A stretch of 64,000 bases of DNA, from positions 30,662,150 through 30,726,149 of the forward strand of contig NC_134026.1 in NCBI RefSeq assembly GCF_964204645.1, written 5' to 3'. This stretch comes from Tubulanus polymorphus. Its lineage: Eukaryota > Animalia > Nemertea. The first letter of the stretch is position 1, and every line of letters begins with the position of its first letter. Shown one piece after another: positions 25,601 to 39,678 of this stretch. The notes beneath the pieces are model-generated. The model was not told where the DNA came from, made no database searches, and saw only the letters and a list, made by a program, of their open reading frames with translations. The position numbers and the translations under genes are program-made.

Positions 25601-28600
25601 TTATCGACACATTGATGTTACAGTTTTGATCTACGATATTTGATAAGAAAACCCTCACTGTGTACGAGATTAAAAGCAAAATCAATTGTTCAAAAATGTA
25701 AGATTGAAAACACGACGTTTCGGACTCTCGCTTGAAACCATCATCAGTTGAAGTAAAACTGGGGTTATATACAACACAAGAGGAGTAAATCAACTGTTTC
25801 ATATATGTTTATTTTCTAGTCCTAGTGACTGAATGTCTGTATTTCCCAGACCTATTGAGGCATGACGCTCCCTTATTAGACGCGCGTTCGAGTGAAAAAG
25901 AGAATTATATGATGTTTATTTCTTCTCGTTTTTATCGATGTTTTGTTCAATGAAATTGTCGATGATGCGTGGATTGATTCATTGACAGATGATTCTTTGA
26001 AAGAGCTACCCCGCGTAGTTTGGTGAAGCGATGGCGTCGCTCATTCTCTTTGACATCAATTACGATGATTCCATTAAGCGTCTGATCTACTTTGTGTTTG
26101 ATTCCCGCGAGGTCTATTACTCTCTATACCCTCCTACACTCACATTTCAATTGACATTTTCTCGGTATTCGAACCGAATTACGCCAAAAAAGACCATTAG
26201 AAATATCCAATCGAAATCAGCTATGAAATCCAACATCAAAGTTAGGTTGAAATCTCAGTAGCGATGATACGGGCGAGTTACGATTCAGAAATATTCATTT
26301 TATTGTGTATATCAGAAATGATGCTAGCAATATTTCATCCATTCAGGAATTTATTAGAAATGATTATCTATCTTTAGATGGCGGGTGTCATGATTCGCCT
26401 TTTCCCATGTATTCAATTTGTAGACTTTTCGTTCATTAGTTGCTGTCGATGATCCTCCTTGAGACACTAATGACGAACCATCCTGCGCACGGTCCCCGGG
26501 GCACCACGCATGAAAATGAAATATAACGAACTGAAATTCGCTAATAACAACGCCAGGCAATGTTCTATTGTGTTCTGATATAAACAACTATATATGTGGA
26601 TTAGTTTGCGGAAATTGTAACATTAAGTATCGATATTCGTTACTGTAGCGCGTATATACGGTCGCTAGAACCAAATAGAACAAAGTACAAAACTGGATAT
26701 AAACAGAGCTGAAGCTGTAGTCATTTCTCTGTGTCTATCTGACGTTACTCTTACAACATTAGACATTATTTTCATTCTGTGTTATTTTCGCATCGTTGCG
26801 CACTGTACTTTACATGATTAACCTATACGTGCTTTCTGTTCCTAGAAATATCTTCCTGAACCCGAAGTATTTCTTTTCTTATCTTTCTTTTTCTGCGTCT
26901 GTCTGGTATAAATGCTATTTTCGTTCCGACAAAGATTTAAACAGTAGTGCATGGGCCAACGTGCTTACTAATATAAGATGGTCATGAAATTGAAAATGAC
27001 GACGTACATTCAGCCGCATCTTAAAACGTGTTTGCATTGCTCAGTAAGTCTCTAGGTTTAGCTACCGTCACGTACATAGTCCCAGCCTAAGCTTATGATG
27101 AAAAGGCCACTTGTATTGACTTAGGTCTCTAATCAGTAATATAAAACGTTGAGATCAATCAACTTTCCCCGGCCTAATCGACTGAGATTTGTAGGCTGGA
27201 AATTCTTCGCTGCCTCAAAAGGCAAAAACCAATATTACCCTTCACTTCGATTGGAGTTCACGTTAGGGAAGGTGGATGGTTGATTGCTTCAGTTTAGCGT
27301 GTTTGTAATCGTGGATAGTTTTAGTGATTTTGTGTAGGATGATATTGTGTGTTATACACGTGCTTTTTTCATGTGTAAATATATCTTCTTGTTGACGACG
27401 GTCTGAGAGAAGGGCATCTGATTAATTTTCGTAAAAGCGTTAGGGAAGTCGTGCAGTTATGACAACGAAAGTTCGACGCAGAGGTTTCAATCGATGGAAC
27501 GATGGAACCCCCTCAGTGTCCCCCGATACTTGTTACAGACTGCACCACTTTCCGCAAATACAGATGTGCCATTCTTTGTTTTCTCAAACGATTAGTTGAT
27601 CAAAATTCAAGTCCCACTCGAGTGGACCAGCATATGTAACAGCTTATTTATTAAAGAATGCCAATGCAGAGTATTTATTTGGTCCGTTCAAAATTGGTCC
27701 GTTCTAACATGGACCCTAAAACGAGAGCACGGACTAACTATAGCGATAGTGCATCTTCACCCGTCAAGGGATTCGAACCCACTCTGCTAAAGCTGTTCCC
27801 CGAGCTGGTGGAAGCGAGGATGGCGATAGTGTGAACCGGCTGTAGTCCTAGTGCCACTTCACGAATTCAGATATTGTGCCTTCCTTGTTTTATGAAACGA
27901 TTTTTACTCAAAATCCAGATCTCACTTTTCTGTTCCTATGAGTTCGTATTCAGTTCAAATCGATGAAGTCTTTTCCATCAATATTTACCAGCAGTCTTAA
28001 ACCAGACGTGACTTTATCCAAAATCTTTACGTATATTGAACGTAACGCGTGAATACAAATTATTGGTCAATTACAAAGATGAAAAACATTTCATTGAATA
28101 CCTTCGAAATTATATTATCGCTCTTATTCTAAATCTCTTTTCAACTTTCCTCGCTAAATACCTAATTGAATTTAACATCGCTAGATTTTCCATTACATCG
28201 AACACAAAGAACCGATGACGACTGAATACGCGATACTGGGTAAATATACAACTTATCAATCGCGAGATGATTCTCGAGTGAGGTGAAAACCCGACCATTG
28301 ATGAAATACTCTGAGTCCGCGTTGTAAAGATGCGTTATAAAATTTTGTGGCGGTCCCTCGAGGTCCCCAATGTTGCCATAATAATCTTCGCTCCTTTTTG
28401 AAACATAAGTTTAGATGTCAATTAGCTCTGCAGTCCCTTGCTTGATAAACGTATGCATCATTCTGAATATTCGTTCATTCGTGCTTTGACATGTATTATA
28501 TAGTATGTATGCTCGGTATACATACCAGTTAATGTCCTTTCATCTGTTTTTGAAACAGTTACAGCAATAAAGACATATATATATATATATATATTATTAC

Positions 28601-29340
28601 AGCAATAGTTTACTAACACCACAGACATAAATACTGATTTAGGGTCGATATCTATGAAACGATCTATAAAGATATTTCTTGAATGTTTACAAATACAAAA
28701 ATCAGTCCTTTGCTGTTTGAAAAGACATGGATAAAGGCAAGGATGTACGTTCATCCTGAAACTAAATAGGTTGAAAAGCCATGACTATGTACGTAGTTTA
28801 TACAACATCTAGTTTATACGTCCATGGCGTGATAAATGCAAAGTTTACAACATGGACTTAATGGACCCATGGTAAACAGTTTGACCGGTGCCTAATTATC
28901 AGTTTTAATAACAGTTTATGAAAACATATTGAATGGGTTAGTTAGTGATTGATTCATTGATTATTTAGAAATACACTGTGGGAAACAGATGGAAAGCTCC
29001 GAGAATTTCATATGCGTCGTTGTAACGACATACTAAGTGCTTTATTTGATGTGTCCTTAATATTTACTTATATACTTTAGCCGGTGTAGAATGTGATTCA
29101 TCGGCTGTTAGAGAACCAATATAACCGCCATTTGTGGTTGATAAAGTGTTCCAGTCTATTGTGTGACGGAAATGTCTGCAGCACCAGCAGCTAAATATCT
29201 ACATGAATTTGTCTGTAGCGGTTTATTGTTGTTTTGTCAGAGATGAATTTTTGCCGGTAATCTGCGGATGGGTTAGATCGAATGTATTCGGCAAATTAGC
29301 GGAATGTTTTCTAATTCAAATACACCCGGTATCTGGTGCG

Positions 29341-29738
29341 GCCAATGAGAATCCGCTATTCGATCACGTGACATTAAGTGAAATGGTCTCTGATTGGTCC
29401 GTGCACGATGTAGGTCGTTTAGATTGAACCAACCAATTAACAGAACAGTTGAATTCACGACTTATTTCCGGAAGAGGAATTATCTGCTTTCGCTTTCGAT
29501 TGCCGCGTTCGGAATCTCTGCCAATTCTCTCATCTCTGTGACGGCAGAAATCTCCCGGTAAAACAACAGCCGTCAAACCTGATAAAAAAGGTCGTCAAAC
29601 CGTAAACAACTTGTTTACAAAGTGCGGTGTGGTTTTTACAAAAATAGACATTGTTTTTGTACACAGTGATTCCAGGCCCACAGCTTGACTTATGTCATCA
29701 TCCTTAAAATGCATACCTTTTTCGTAAACCTTTCTGAG
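29341..29738 (+). promoter_or_regulatory. Candidate TATA-less promoter and non-coding first exon
   Basis: Clustered CCAAT/ATTGG boxes (about 29342, 29393, 29433), E-box TCACGTGAC (about 29364) and ETS-like TTCCGGAAG (about 29466), followed by a donor gag|gtaaag at 29738/9. Confidence 0.35.
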
Positions 29739-31191
29739 GTAAAGATGTCTTCCTTGTCAGTTTTATATACCCGTATGCTTTTTGGAGCGGAAGTAAATCG
29801 AACAATCCCAAGACTTTATGATATTTCTTGAATAAATGTTTATTCTAATTAGTTTATTTCTGATATTCATTTTCAAATGCGGACCTTTTTATATTTTGGA
29901 TGGTTCTTCGTAAACCCGTTAAACCCCGCTCGCAACAGGCCTGGAATCTGACCGACAGTTGAACCAGTGCTCAGGGGAAGGGTATGGCTATGCATGAAGC
30001 AACGTGTTTATACTTGAATGATCATTGATCCCCGCTTTACCTCCGGGTTGTTTCATCCATACACACGCCAATCACTGTTAATTGGGATAACCTGATAAAA
30101 GTATCGGCCACGGAGAATAATATGAATCTGTACAATATATGGATTGAACCTGCAACAACAAGACATGATCCAAATTATCGTGTCTATGCCCTGTAGTATG
30201 TCTACCACAGTTTGTGTTCGTTATTACTTTTCCTATGCACATAATCATTTTCTCCACTACAACGACAGTCGTAAAGGTAAATTGACTGTATGGTCCATTT
30301 GATTATTAGGCACCGTGATAGATTCATAATAAGCTACTGCAGCATCTGTCTATAACTCTTCGTCACCGAGTAACACATTGAGTCTATATATAGTAGAGGT
30401 TAGTACTGTTTATTCCGCGCAAATAAGGATTCTGTCAACATTCTAAACATCAAAACACGATGATCAAACAAGAAATGGTTGATATCTCAAAGTTGCATAC
30501 AATGTACCTATAAGGATTCACATAAGTCTAGAATCTATATAAACTTCCATTTTGTTTTTATTTTTTAATGAAAAAGATACCAGCCAGAAACATACGCGGT
30601 ATAAAACAAGTGCACACAATTTGTTAAAAAAGATTAGTTTTTTTGAGCTGAGAGGCAACCATTAAAAACATGATATTGATCATAATAATAGTTTATTTCA
30701 TGTAATTCTCATATCTCGACATTAAGTCATGAATACAATTTTGGTCAGTGACAAGCGAGACAGTTAATGCGAGTAAGTAGGCTGTATACGTACTTAAAAG
30801 GTCTCTGTGATGGGCATCATATCTTCATACACGAACAACATGAACATCTGAAATAGTTGAAGCAAATGTCATCAATATGAGATGTGATATAATTAGTCTT
30901 TGTTTTCGCGACAGCAAATTGAATATTAGGAGGTTGTTTTTCTTTTCGCGAGACGAAAGTAAAAATAAGAATGATCGATCGTAAATGTGATATTGAAGAG
31001 AATTTCAGGTAGAATTGAACATTTTTTTTCAATAATTCATTATTTTGACGTCTGATTAAAAATCGTTTGATATATGATCTAAGCTTGTTGAAACGTTAGA
31101 TAAGTCGTTTGATGTGTGTGTGTCGAACCGGTAAATAGGGGATTAACAGTTCCTCTAGTGTATCAAGAGTACCTGTTATTTTATTTCTCTC

Positions 31192-31345
31192 CAGTGCTGC
31201 CCCTGTACATATCGTTAACGGCGAATATGTGAACTAATTCATTACTCGCATGCCACTATAGGAATATTGAGCTGTCCGGTTAGTTCACAAATTCACCGTC
31301 AATGTTATATCTAGAGGCAGCACTTGACGGCGAAGATCTGACAGC
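31192..31345. mobile_element. Second copy of the AGTGCTGCCCCT foldback element
   Basis: cagtgctgcccct ... agaggcagcacttg; the internal sequence is the reverse-complement homologue of 6149-6284. Confidence 0.7.
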
Positions 31346-32736
31346 CTCAAACCGTCGCATAAATCAACTACTAGAACTTAATATCTGTATCGCAGATGAA
31401 CAAACGCCCTGAATTTTTGCAGATCTAGCCGAATGCCATCAGCTCTTGTTTTCAGTAGTACGTAGAAAATAGAATCCTTAAAAAATAAATGTCGAAAGTG
31501 CAAAATCGAATTGGCGCCGTCTCCTCGCACTGGTAGAAAAACGGATTTGAAAGCCAATTTTGCGTCTCGTTCGCTTTCCGTGAAGTTGCCTATTTATTGG
31601 GCATGAGTTGTGATACGTGCAAATCAGGGAAAATGGGTAATAAGATAATGCAACCGTTGATGGAATGCATCGATCGAAACGGCTGAAAATCCATAGAATG
31701 CTCTTCTATTGCTTATTAATTAGACACCGGTGAATATCGTCAATTGGCTTCTTTTGCCTCAAATATAAAACGACGAATTGGTTCGGTGTAATTGCATTCG
31801 GTAAAAAAGTCTACGAGAAATATCGTTCTCTGGTGGTTTCTGAACAATTTCTGATTGGTACATTGTAACTGCAGCGATGCAATAATATTTTTACAGTCAT
31901 GGAATCGGGTGTGAGCCACAGGCCTATCACATCACAGAATTATTGAATATACCACATTCTAGACGGGAAATCTGCTCATTGCTAATCAAACAAACAAATG
32001 TTACCAGTTCGACGGAATATATTAAATTGCCCCGCAGAACAATGACATTTTTCATTTCGCCAGAAGATTCGCATCAGAATAGTGTAGCGGTCAACTCTGC
32101 ATCAAGTCGGGCAATTTTAAGAGCATTTATTTGGAAAAAGCTTCTATTTCCCTGATTCTCAAATCGATGAAATACCGAACACTATCGCGACAGGCTGAGT
32201 TCAATGTAGTATCAGGTGTTTGTTGCTCGTTGAGTATTTGTGATTTATTTCACAGATAATCTCGGATTTAGAGGCATGCGAATTTATGAAATTCCCGCTG
32301 ACAGCTAAAATCTCACTTCCCAAGTTGATTTTCTGGTTAGAATTACCATTGCGTGTTACATACAACCACCCCCAATCCTTCTGGTTCTTGGTAAAAACAG
32401 ATAACATGCGACAGTAGTTACAGAGGAAGCCAGACAATGATTCCTGTGCAAGAACACGAACTTGTTTTGAACACGGACACGGACGCGTTACCTGGAAAAT
32501 ATCACCTTCTCGAAGCTCGTTGAATAATGCCGTTGATTGAATTTGTCTTGAATGATCATCACGTCCCTTGAATATAATGAACATAACTAAGAAATGAAAC
32601 GTGTAATTGCTGATAGGGTTCCGTAGCGGGTAATACCGGGTAATACACGGTAATACCGGGTAATCAGGCAATCATAATCGGCATGATTAATACACCATAG
32701 TTTGAGATATCATTGCACCGATCACGTGTGCGTGCG

Positions 32737-32918
<182 letters not shown>

Positions 32919-35900
32919 TGCAGGAAGAGCCTGGAGAATAAAGTGTGTGCGCAATGTATTAGAGCTAAGATCTAAGCTAGAGCTTAGAGCTAAAGCTAAA
33001 AAAACGAAATATTTATTTATCAAAATTTAGAATCACAAACAGCTGACGATGGTCTCTAAAGAGTCGTGTCCTTTAATATTAATAATTGATGGATGAATTT
33101 CGACATTTTCAACCTTTTAAATTATGTATAAAGTAATCTACGTTATTATCTATTATCCACGTACGGGTGTGCGGGCTGTTCGAGGGGTCCCAAATACCTA
33201 CCCTACAACAACTCACAAGCTCTTTACCAGTATCCTTATAATATCACATATCTAGAAAAACAGCATATTCTCGGTGAAGTGTTGACGAGCCCCGGTAGTA
33301 TAGAGATGTGATGTATAGAAATTTTATACGCATTCGATATTCTTATATTCACGTAATATAATAAATCATTTCAGGTTTTCGCCTTTGAGTCAAAATCCTT
33401 GTAAATAGTGAAAAACAGCTCGATATGACGTCATTTGATTTCTGGTTAAACGATCTCATATATTAGTTTACGACATCGAGTAGGACATTAGTGGATAGTT
33501 AAAGATTACCTCGCAGATCTCGCGCAGTGATTAACATCTTTAGGATCAAGAGCGCGATCATTTCTGTGTCGAGGGACGCTGCTAAAAGTGTTTCAATAAA
33601 TCAGTTGATTGATACGCTGCTGCTGCTGCTGCTGCTGCTGGCTTTCATTAAAGTAAAAACAAATCTAAAACAGTCAAACATTGAGTAAGGCGACATTTAC
33701 TGTATTTGTGCGATTATTGATAATACTTAAGCTTTATTGTCAGTTAATAAACCTTTGAGTTGAGTTGTCCTAAAGGGTTTCTTTTAAACATAGACATGTT
33801 TGAACATAATTTGTTTTGCCCATTAAATGTATGAATTTATAGGTAGTCGGGTGTAGAAAATACTTTCTGAAGGGATGTTTCGAGATGTGGGTGTAGCGTA
33901 TGCGGGACAAACTAGTAAAATATGGTATAAGTCTTCTACGGCATCACCAACGCCGCTGCGTCACGTCGTGATGTACAAGGAACCTCCAATTATCGCGGTC
34001 TACAGTAAGTTCCTCCAAGAAAGTTGATGTTTCGCTTGGCGTCAATTTATAAATCTTCAACTTGATCATCATTGCAAATAAAGCAGGTTCGATTCTCATA
34101 AGGTTGTGGTCGTCGCCACCTGCCTGGTTCTACGCGTTATCACTCAAGCATCGGTACCTAATATTGTCATCCACTTCGGTAATTCTAGATATTGTAGTTA
34201 ATCTGCTATAATGAAAGCGTCAACAATTTAGTGATTTTTGAGAACGAAAGGGAAAATTTCTACAAAGATAAGTCGGAATCTGATCGCTTAATTTAATGAA
34301 ATGTTTCTGTTTAATCTGCTGCTGAATTGTATCTAGTAATTACAGTATGATTAGTACACGATAGTAGAAATAATACATTAAGTTCAGTTAATTACAACAT
34401 CGCGTGTCATAATCAGCCATACAAAACTTCTTCATCCACATTTTCTTGAAAGCGGTTATCAATAATCGGTTTACAGCGTGCGTGCGTTAATCTCAGTGCT
34501 CGTCCAACATGTAGTTCAAACTCGCTGTCGAGGATCCTTCCTTCGACTGTGGCAAGTGAGGATTCCGCTTGTGGCAAGCGAGGATCCGTCGAGTGTCGCT
34601 AGTGTGTAATACAGTCAACGATACCGGATTTGATGAAAATAATTATCGCTAATTGTCTATTATTGCAAGAAACTAATCAGAAATTAATCCTTTCTGACAT
34701 CGTTCGTTGTTGGTAGAAATCGAAATCGAATTATCTAATGAAGGAAATGTTTATAGGATCGGAAGCCCCTCGTTATAAGTGACTGACTGATTGTTGGTTC
34801 ACACGTGTTCCCCGCCGTGCTAGGGGTTCATCCAATAGAAACTTTCCCCCAGCCCTCGGCACATCTCCCTCGGCAGGGATTTGAACCTGATTGTATCGGG
34901 ATTCAGTTACGGTGCCTTGGCGAGAAGCAATTTGCTCGAGAGCGCTCGGTAGTTTAAAGAAACTTAAACTTGGGAACAATAAAATATCTTTCATTGAAAT
35001 GAGTCTTGAAATCCTGTAAGCAGCTCATGTCCCAATATAAGCGGGTTATGCGTATTGAGCTATCAAAATCAGGCTCGAACGAATCGACTCGCCCGAAATT
35101 TCCCGATATTGTATACAATATTCTATCATTTCGAGCTTGGGCTTTTGATCCGTTTCACGTACAAGCACAGACCCGTGAAAATAGACGGGTCCAAAACAAA
35201 ATGGGAAAATGGAAAAATTTTGCACATGACAAATACAGCGAGCAAACAGTTTAATTTCATGATGAATTTTATAACATTTGTGCCCTTTTCAATTAAAACT
35301 TTGGGCCTTTTTCTACAATTTGCTCAGCTCTAGAGCTGTTATATAACTTCGTTGGGTTTATCTTAGGAGTTCGTGTGAACCTCGCAACCCTCTCCCCAGG
35401 GAGCGAAGGAGTTTCGTGTCAGTTGTAACTGGATGAACTGGACTATCACCCAATACTTACCATACATACAGTATGTAGATGGTATTAATGCCCACCCGTC
35501 ACCAATCTGCGGTCGGGATAAATGGATCTGATCGGATCAAATGTGCAATTTTCACACTCACTGTGACATTTCGCTATTAATCGAATCAGTTGATAAAATC
35601 TATGTTCCAATTAAGCCGCAGATCAATCATTCCTGTTAATATAAAATGGTGATCAAATCCCCTTAGCTTGCACTCGATTGAGTTTGTATACGATGTTGTT
35701 ATTCATTATTCAGTATTCAGTGATATCGCAGGTATCACTAGGATTTTTTTGCTGTAATTCTATCCATGTGGTTATAACCTGGGCCCAATTTCACAGTCGT
35801 GATCTAAAACCATAAGTGGTCTTAGTTGTTAGATTGGCTATAGAACCAAGATGAGCTTAGACTGGTCTTAGTTGTAAGATTGGCTAGAACTAAAATTAGC

Positions 35901-36987
35901 TTAGGCTGGCCTTAAATCTAAGTCAAGACTGTGCAACTGGTCGCTGATCGTATGGAAATCATGATAAAGTGGTCTCAGATTCGTTCAATTTCTCATCGTT
36001 ATCACTATTTACGATATTTCTAAAACCTATAGATCGATGCTGTGTCGGTTTTATGATTCGGTTCCTATTCATTTTGCTACTTAAATCTCAATTGAACATA
36101 ATTGAAACGGTGATAAATCTTGGTTCGTGTACGCGGCGGAAAAGACTCGTAAATCATCATCTAAATTCAACCTTTTAAAACAAATTCATTCACATCGATG
36201 TTTCGTCTAGTCGTTTATATCCGTAATGTTTTGCGGTTTAGCCAGAAACATCCCGCAATATTCGAACCGTATGGCATAGCTACCTCAGCTACAGACACAG
36301 TCTCGATGCCATCAGGTCCAAATCCCTGTGATATATATGTACCAAGTTGATACGATTTAAATTGGTTTAAATCGTCAATGTTATATATATACACACACAC
36401 ATGTATAACCGCTCACAATTCGAGATCGATTTATACTCATATGATAATCACTTCAGCACTGTGAGTGAGGAGGGGGAGAGAGAGTCCTTTGGTAAACGCC
36501 GGGGTGGTGGGGATGAAACCCCCCTTTCGAAATCAATCTCTAATTAAGATAAATTAGAAAACTATCACACGATTTCTACTCTATTTCACCTCAAAGTTCT
36601 TTCCTGAACATAGATGACACCCAAATAAACGGATAAATGATGAATTCGTTTCTAAATACGGTATACAACTTATCACAAATTATAAGTTAGTTCAATAGAA
36701 ATCCGTGTGTAGTTGTGAACGATATTGAGTCAGCGTTGAGTTCAAAATTGAAAAATGCCAACGGAAAAACGTTTTAATTGAAGCGGAAAGAAACGAACTC
36801 AGACAGAAGCATATTGGAAAATTGGATTGGAGATTTTTGCACGAGTCAAATCTGAAGAGGTTCATAATACCACCACTGTATTCACATGTATTACTGCATT
36901 AACATTACCAAACCCACTATATACAAATTACAAGAATTTTAAAATCGAGAATCTATTTATTCAAAAAATGAAAAATGTAAAATACTC

Positions 36988-37021
36988 GACGTTTCGATCT
37001 CACCCTAGAGATCATCGTCAG
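36988..37021 (-). ncRNA. Minimal type-I hammerhead ribozyme motif (Penelope-like-element type)
   Basis: Minus strand CTGACGA-T-GATCTC-tagggt-GAGATC-GAAACGTC: intact core, 6-bp stem II, palindromic ACGT stem III, GUC cleavage triplet; stem I is weak. Confidence 0.55.
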
Positions 37022-37849
37022 GTTCAGCACGTTTGAGTGTGGTTATCGTACTATTACCGGTATATTCCCCAGATAGAAATCATGATACAGGGTTATGTCC
37101 GGGTGGGTTACACTTTTTGACCAAGTTACAAAAGACCTTTCATTCATTTAAATTTCAAAAAAACTTTAATTCAAACCCATAAACTTGACGAAGTTGAAGA
37201 GTCTAAATCTAGAACATATATCTTTCATTTTTGTTGTGTTTTAAAGTGATATTTATTTATTTCATATCCATGTATTTCATATTTTCGCGTCTACAACTTC
37301 TGGCTACACCCCTAAAAAATAGAAGCATTATTTTCAGAAGGCGCCTTTCATCAGTTATTGTGTAAACTAATATCTATCAGTCTGACCACCGACTATCACA
37401 CGCCAGACTTGGGTTTGTCTTTCAATTTCCTGTTGGTTAGTTCACTGTCGCAATCAGTGCAACCTCCAGCTTTCTGATTCTAATCTGATAGCTTACAAGA
37501 CTTGCGGTTTGTCTCGGCCAATTCGCCGTGCGTTCTATTACTTTTCTGCCATTCTGAGCGCCGTTAAGTACTTATTCTCGAAGAAATAGCGATATCTATG
37601 CGTTCTGCATCAGATTCCTCTTTACTGACTTGTATGCATTATGTACTACTTCTTCACCGATATTGCGTTTTGAGAGTTGTTCTATATACGCAGAATACAT
37701 CAACTGAAGACGTCGTAGACGATGAACCATGAGAATATCTATACACGCGAGTCACCAGACGAAATCTGTACATTACCCCCACAGAAAACCGGTAATTGTC
37801 CACAATGTCCTCGCGTTTAGTTAGTCCGTTCATATGCGTACCCTATCCA

Positions 37850-38165
37850 CGGTCCGTTCTAATTTGGCTCGTACCTGGAAACATAACCACGCTGGAACGG
37901 ACCAAATTTAGAACGGACCAACAGACGGACGTTGCTGTACGTTCGCACCACTTTTTTAAACTAGCTGTTGCAATTAGACCAGCTAGACGCATCACTGCGA
38001 TTGACAGAGATCTGTTTTCACACATAAAAATGGATCAGTCTTTTCGGTTGGTTCATAGTCTCATTCCTAAATGGTTACGGACAAATCTAGAACGGATTTT
38101 TCGCTAGTGTGAACGCTCGGTCCGTTCCAAATTGAAACGGACTATATTTAACAACGTGAACGCGG
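37850..38165. mobile_element. Second copy of the aacggac-repeat element
   Basis: Shares gattgacagag..ttcacaca, aat.tagaacgg.ttttt and gtgaacgcgg with 15865-16150. Confidence 0.6.
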
Positions 38166-38519
38166 AGACAAGACTTTGTGACTGTGCATGAATCATCAAA
38201 TACAGTCGGAACACTCTGATCGATGCTTCATATGGCAAATCATGACCAGGATTTTCCTGTCTCCTAAAATTAAAGTTTCAGCAAGTCAACCACACGAAGG
38301 CAATTACATGTGACAGGTCGTTAAACCCGTTGAGATTTAAACACGCCTCTTTCCAGTTCTTACTGTGATCGCGTGGAGGAGGGAATTGATTAGTTTGGTA
38401 TCAAAAGTCAGAATTAGTTCATTTTCAAGTGCGGAAAAACTAACAATCATATAACATCCTATACACTAAGAATGAAACATGGAATCCAAAATGGTTCTTT
38501 AAGCTACGTATTGTCATCC

Positions 38520-38648
38520 GTATTCCTGAAGATGACCAATAGAATAATAGTCTAAACGTTGAATAAACTACACTAGCTCAAGGAATACAGTATTCCTGAA
38601 GATGACTATTAGGATATAGTCTAAACGTTGAATAAACTACACTAGCTC
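38520..38648 (+). repeat. Tandem 70-bp duplication of a degenerate minimal hammerhead motif
   Basis: Two units of tattc-CTGAAGA-tgac...gtc-TAAACGTT-gaataaactacactagctc starting at 38521 and 38591; the core G12 is replaced by T in both. Confidence 0.7.
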
Positions 38649-39562
38649 CGGTAGGAAACATTTCTTTCTTTCTTGGTGTTGGATTTATTCGATCTCTTCA
38701 ACACATACTCAAAATGTTTCATCAATAGTTAACAGCTGGATCCAGATGTAGGAATAGACTTGTCTCGTGATATATGTTAATTTATGACATCGCCATGCGG
38801 AAAACCGTCGCCAAATTGTAACTAGGAAATGTCATCTAATCCCATCATCCCATTAGTCATCCATAGAAATAATTGTCGTATTTGCCAATGATAAAACAGC
38901 ATTCGTAACTTGAGCCTTCGATATTTCCAAGGCTTTGAATCTATTACATGTAATTGTTCACTAATAATTGTGTTGTTTACAAATGACGGCGGCGCAGAAG
39001 TCTTTATTATTTGACTTGTTTGGTTGAAGGGCTGTTTAAACGATAGTGGCATTGATTATCGGGAATACCTATCATTTGTCTCGGTGAAATATTCATTAGT
39101 TGAACTCCCAAATATTTACCGACGAGAAATTCTAAGAGAGCGAGAAAAGGAAAGACGAAATTAAAGTAATAGTCAGGCACTGGTGTAAGAGGTCCTGCAT
39201 GTGACGTCACTGCTTGTTGGATTATTCACTTATTTCATAATTTTGTTGTAACTAAAGTATTCCTGAAAATTACTGTAAGAATTTAGTCGAAACGTCTATG
39301 TGAAGGTCAAGTGTGTCTTATTTTAGTGAAGGTGCGAAGCCTTGACTTTTCATGGCATCTTTGATCTCATTTTCTACGTTATGGCAACTTGTAAACTATA
39401 AATGTCTTTATCGAAACGTATTTTTTTAAAAAATTAGGCCAGAGAAAAGAGCACTCGGATAATCTCATGGGGCGCACTCCCTGCAGCACTCCCTCTTCAT
39501 CCGCCCCCATTTCATGACTCTTTTTTCGTATCGCGGGATTTTATGTTATACCATGGACTGTA

Positions 39563-39586
39563 TCATTAATATCATTATTATTATCA

Positions 39587-39665
<79 letters not shown>

Positions 39666-39678
39666 TATTATTATCATT
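39563..39678. repeat. (ATT)n microsatellite
   Basis: Long att tract with atc interruptions. Confidence 0.96.
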
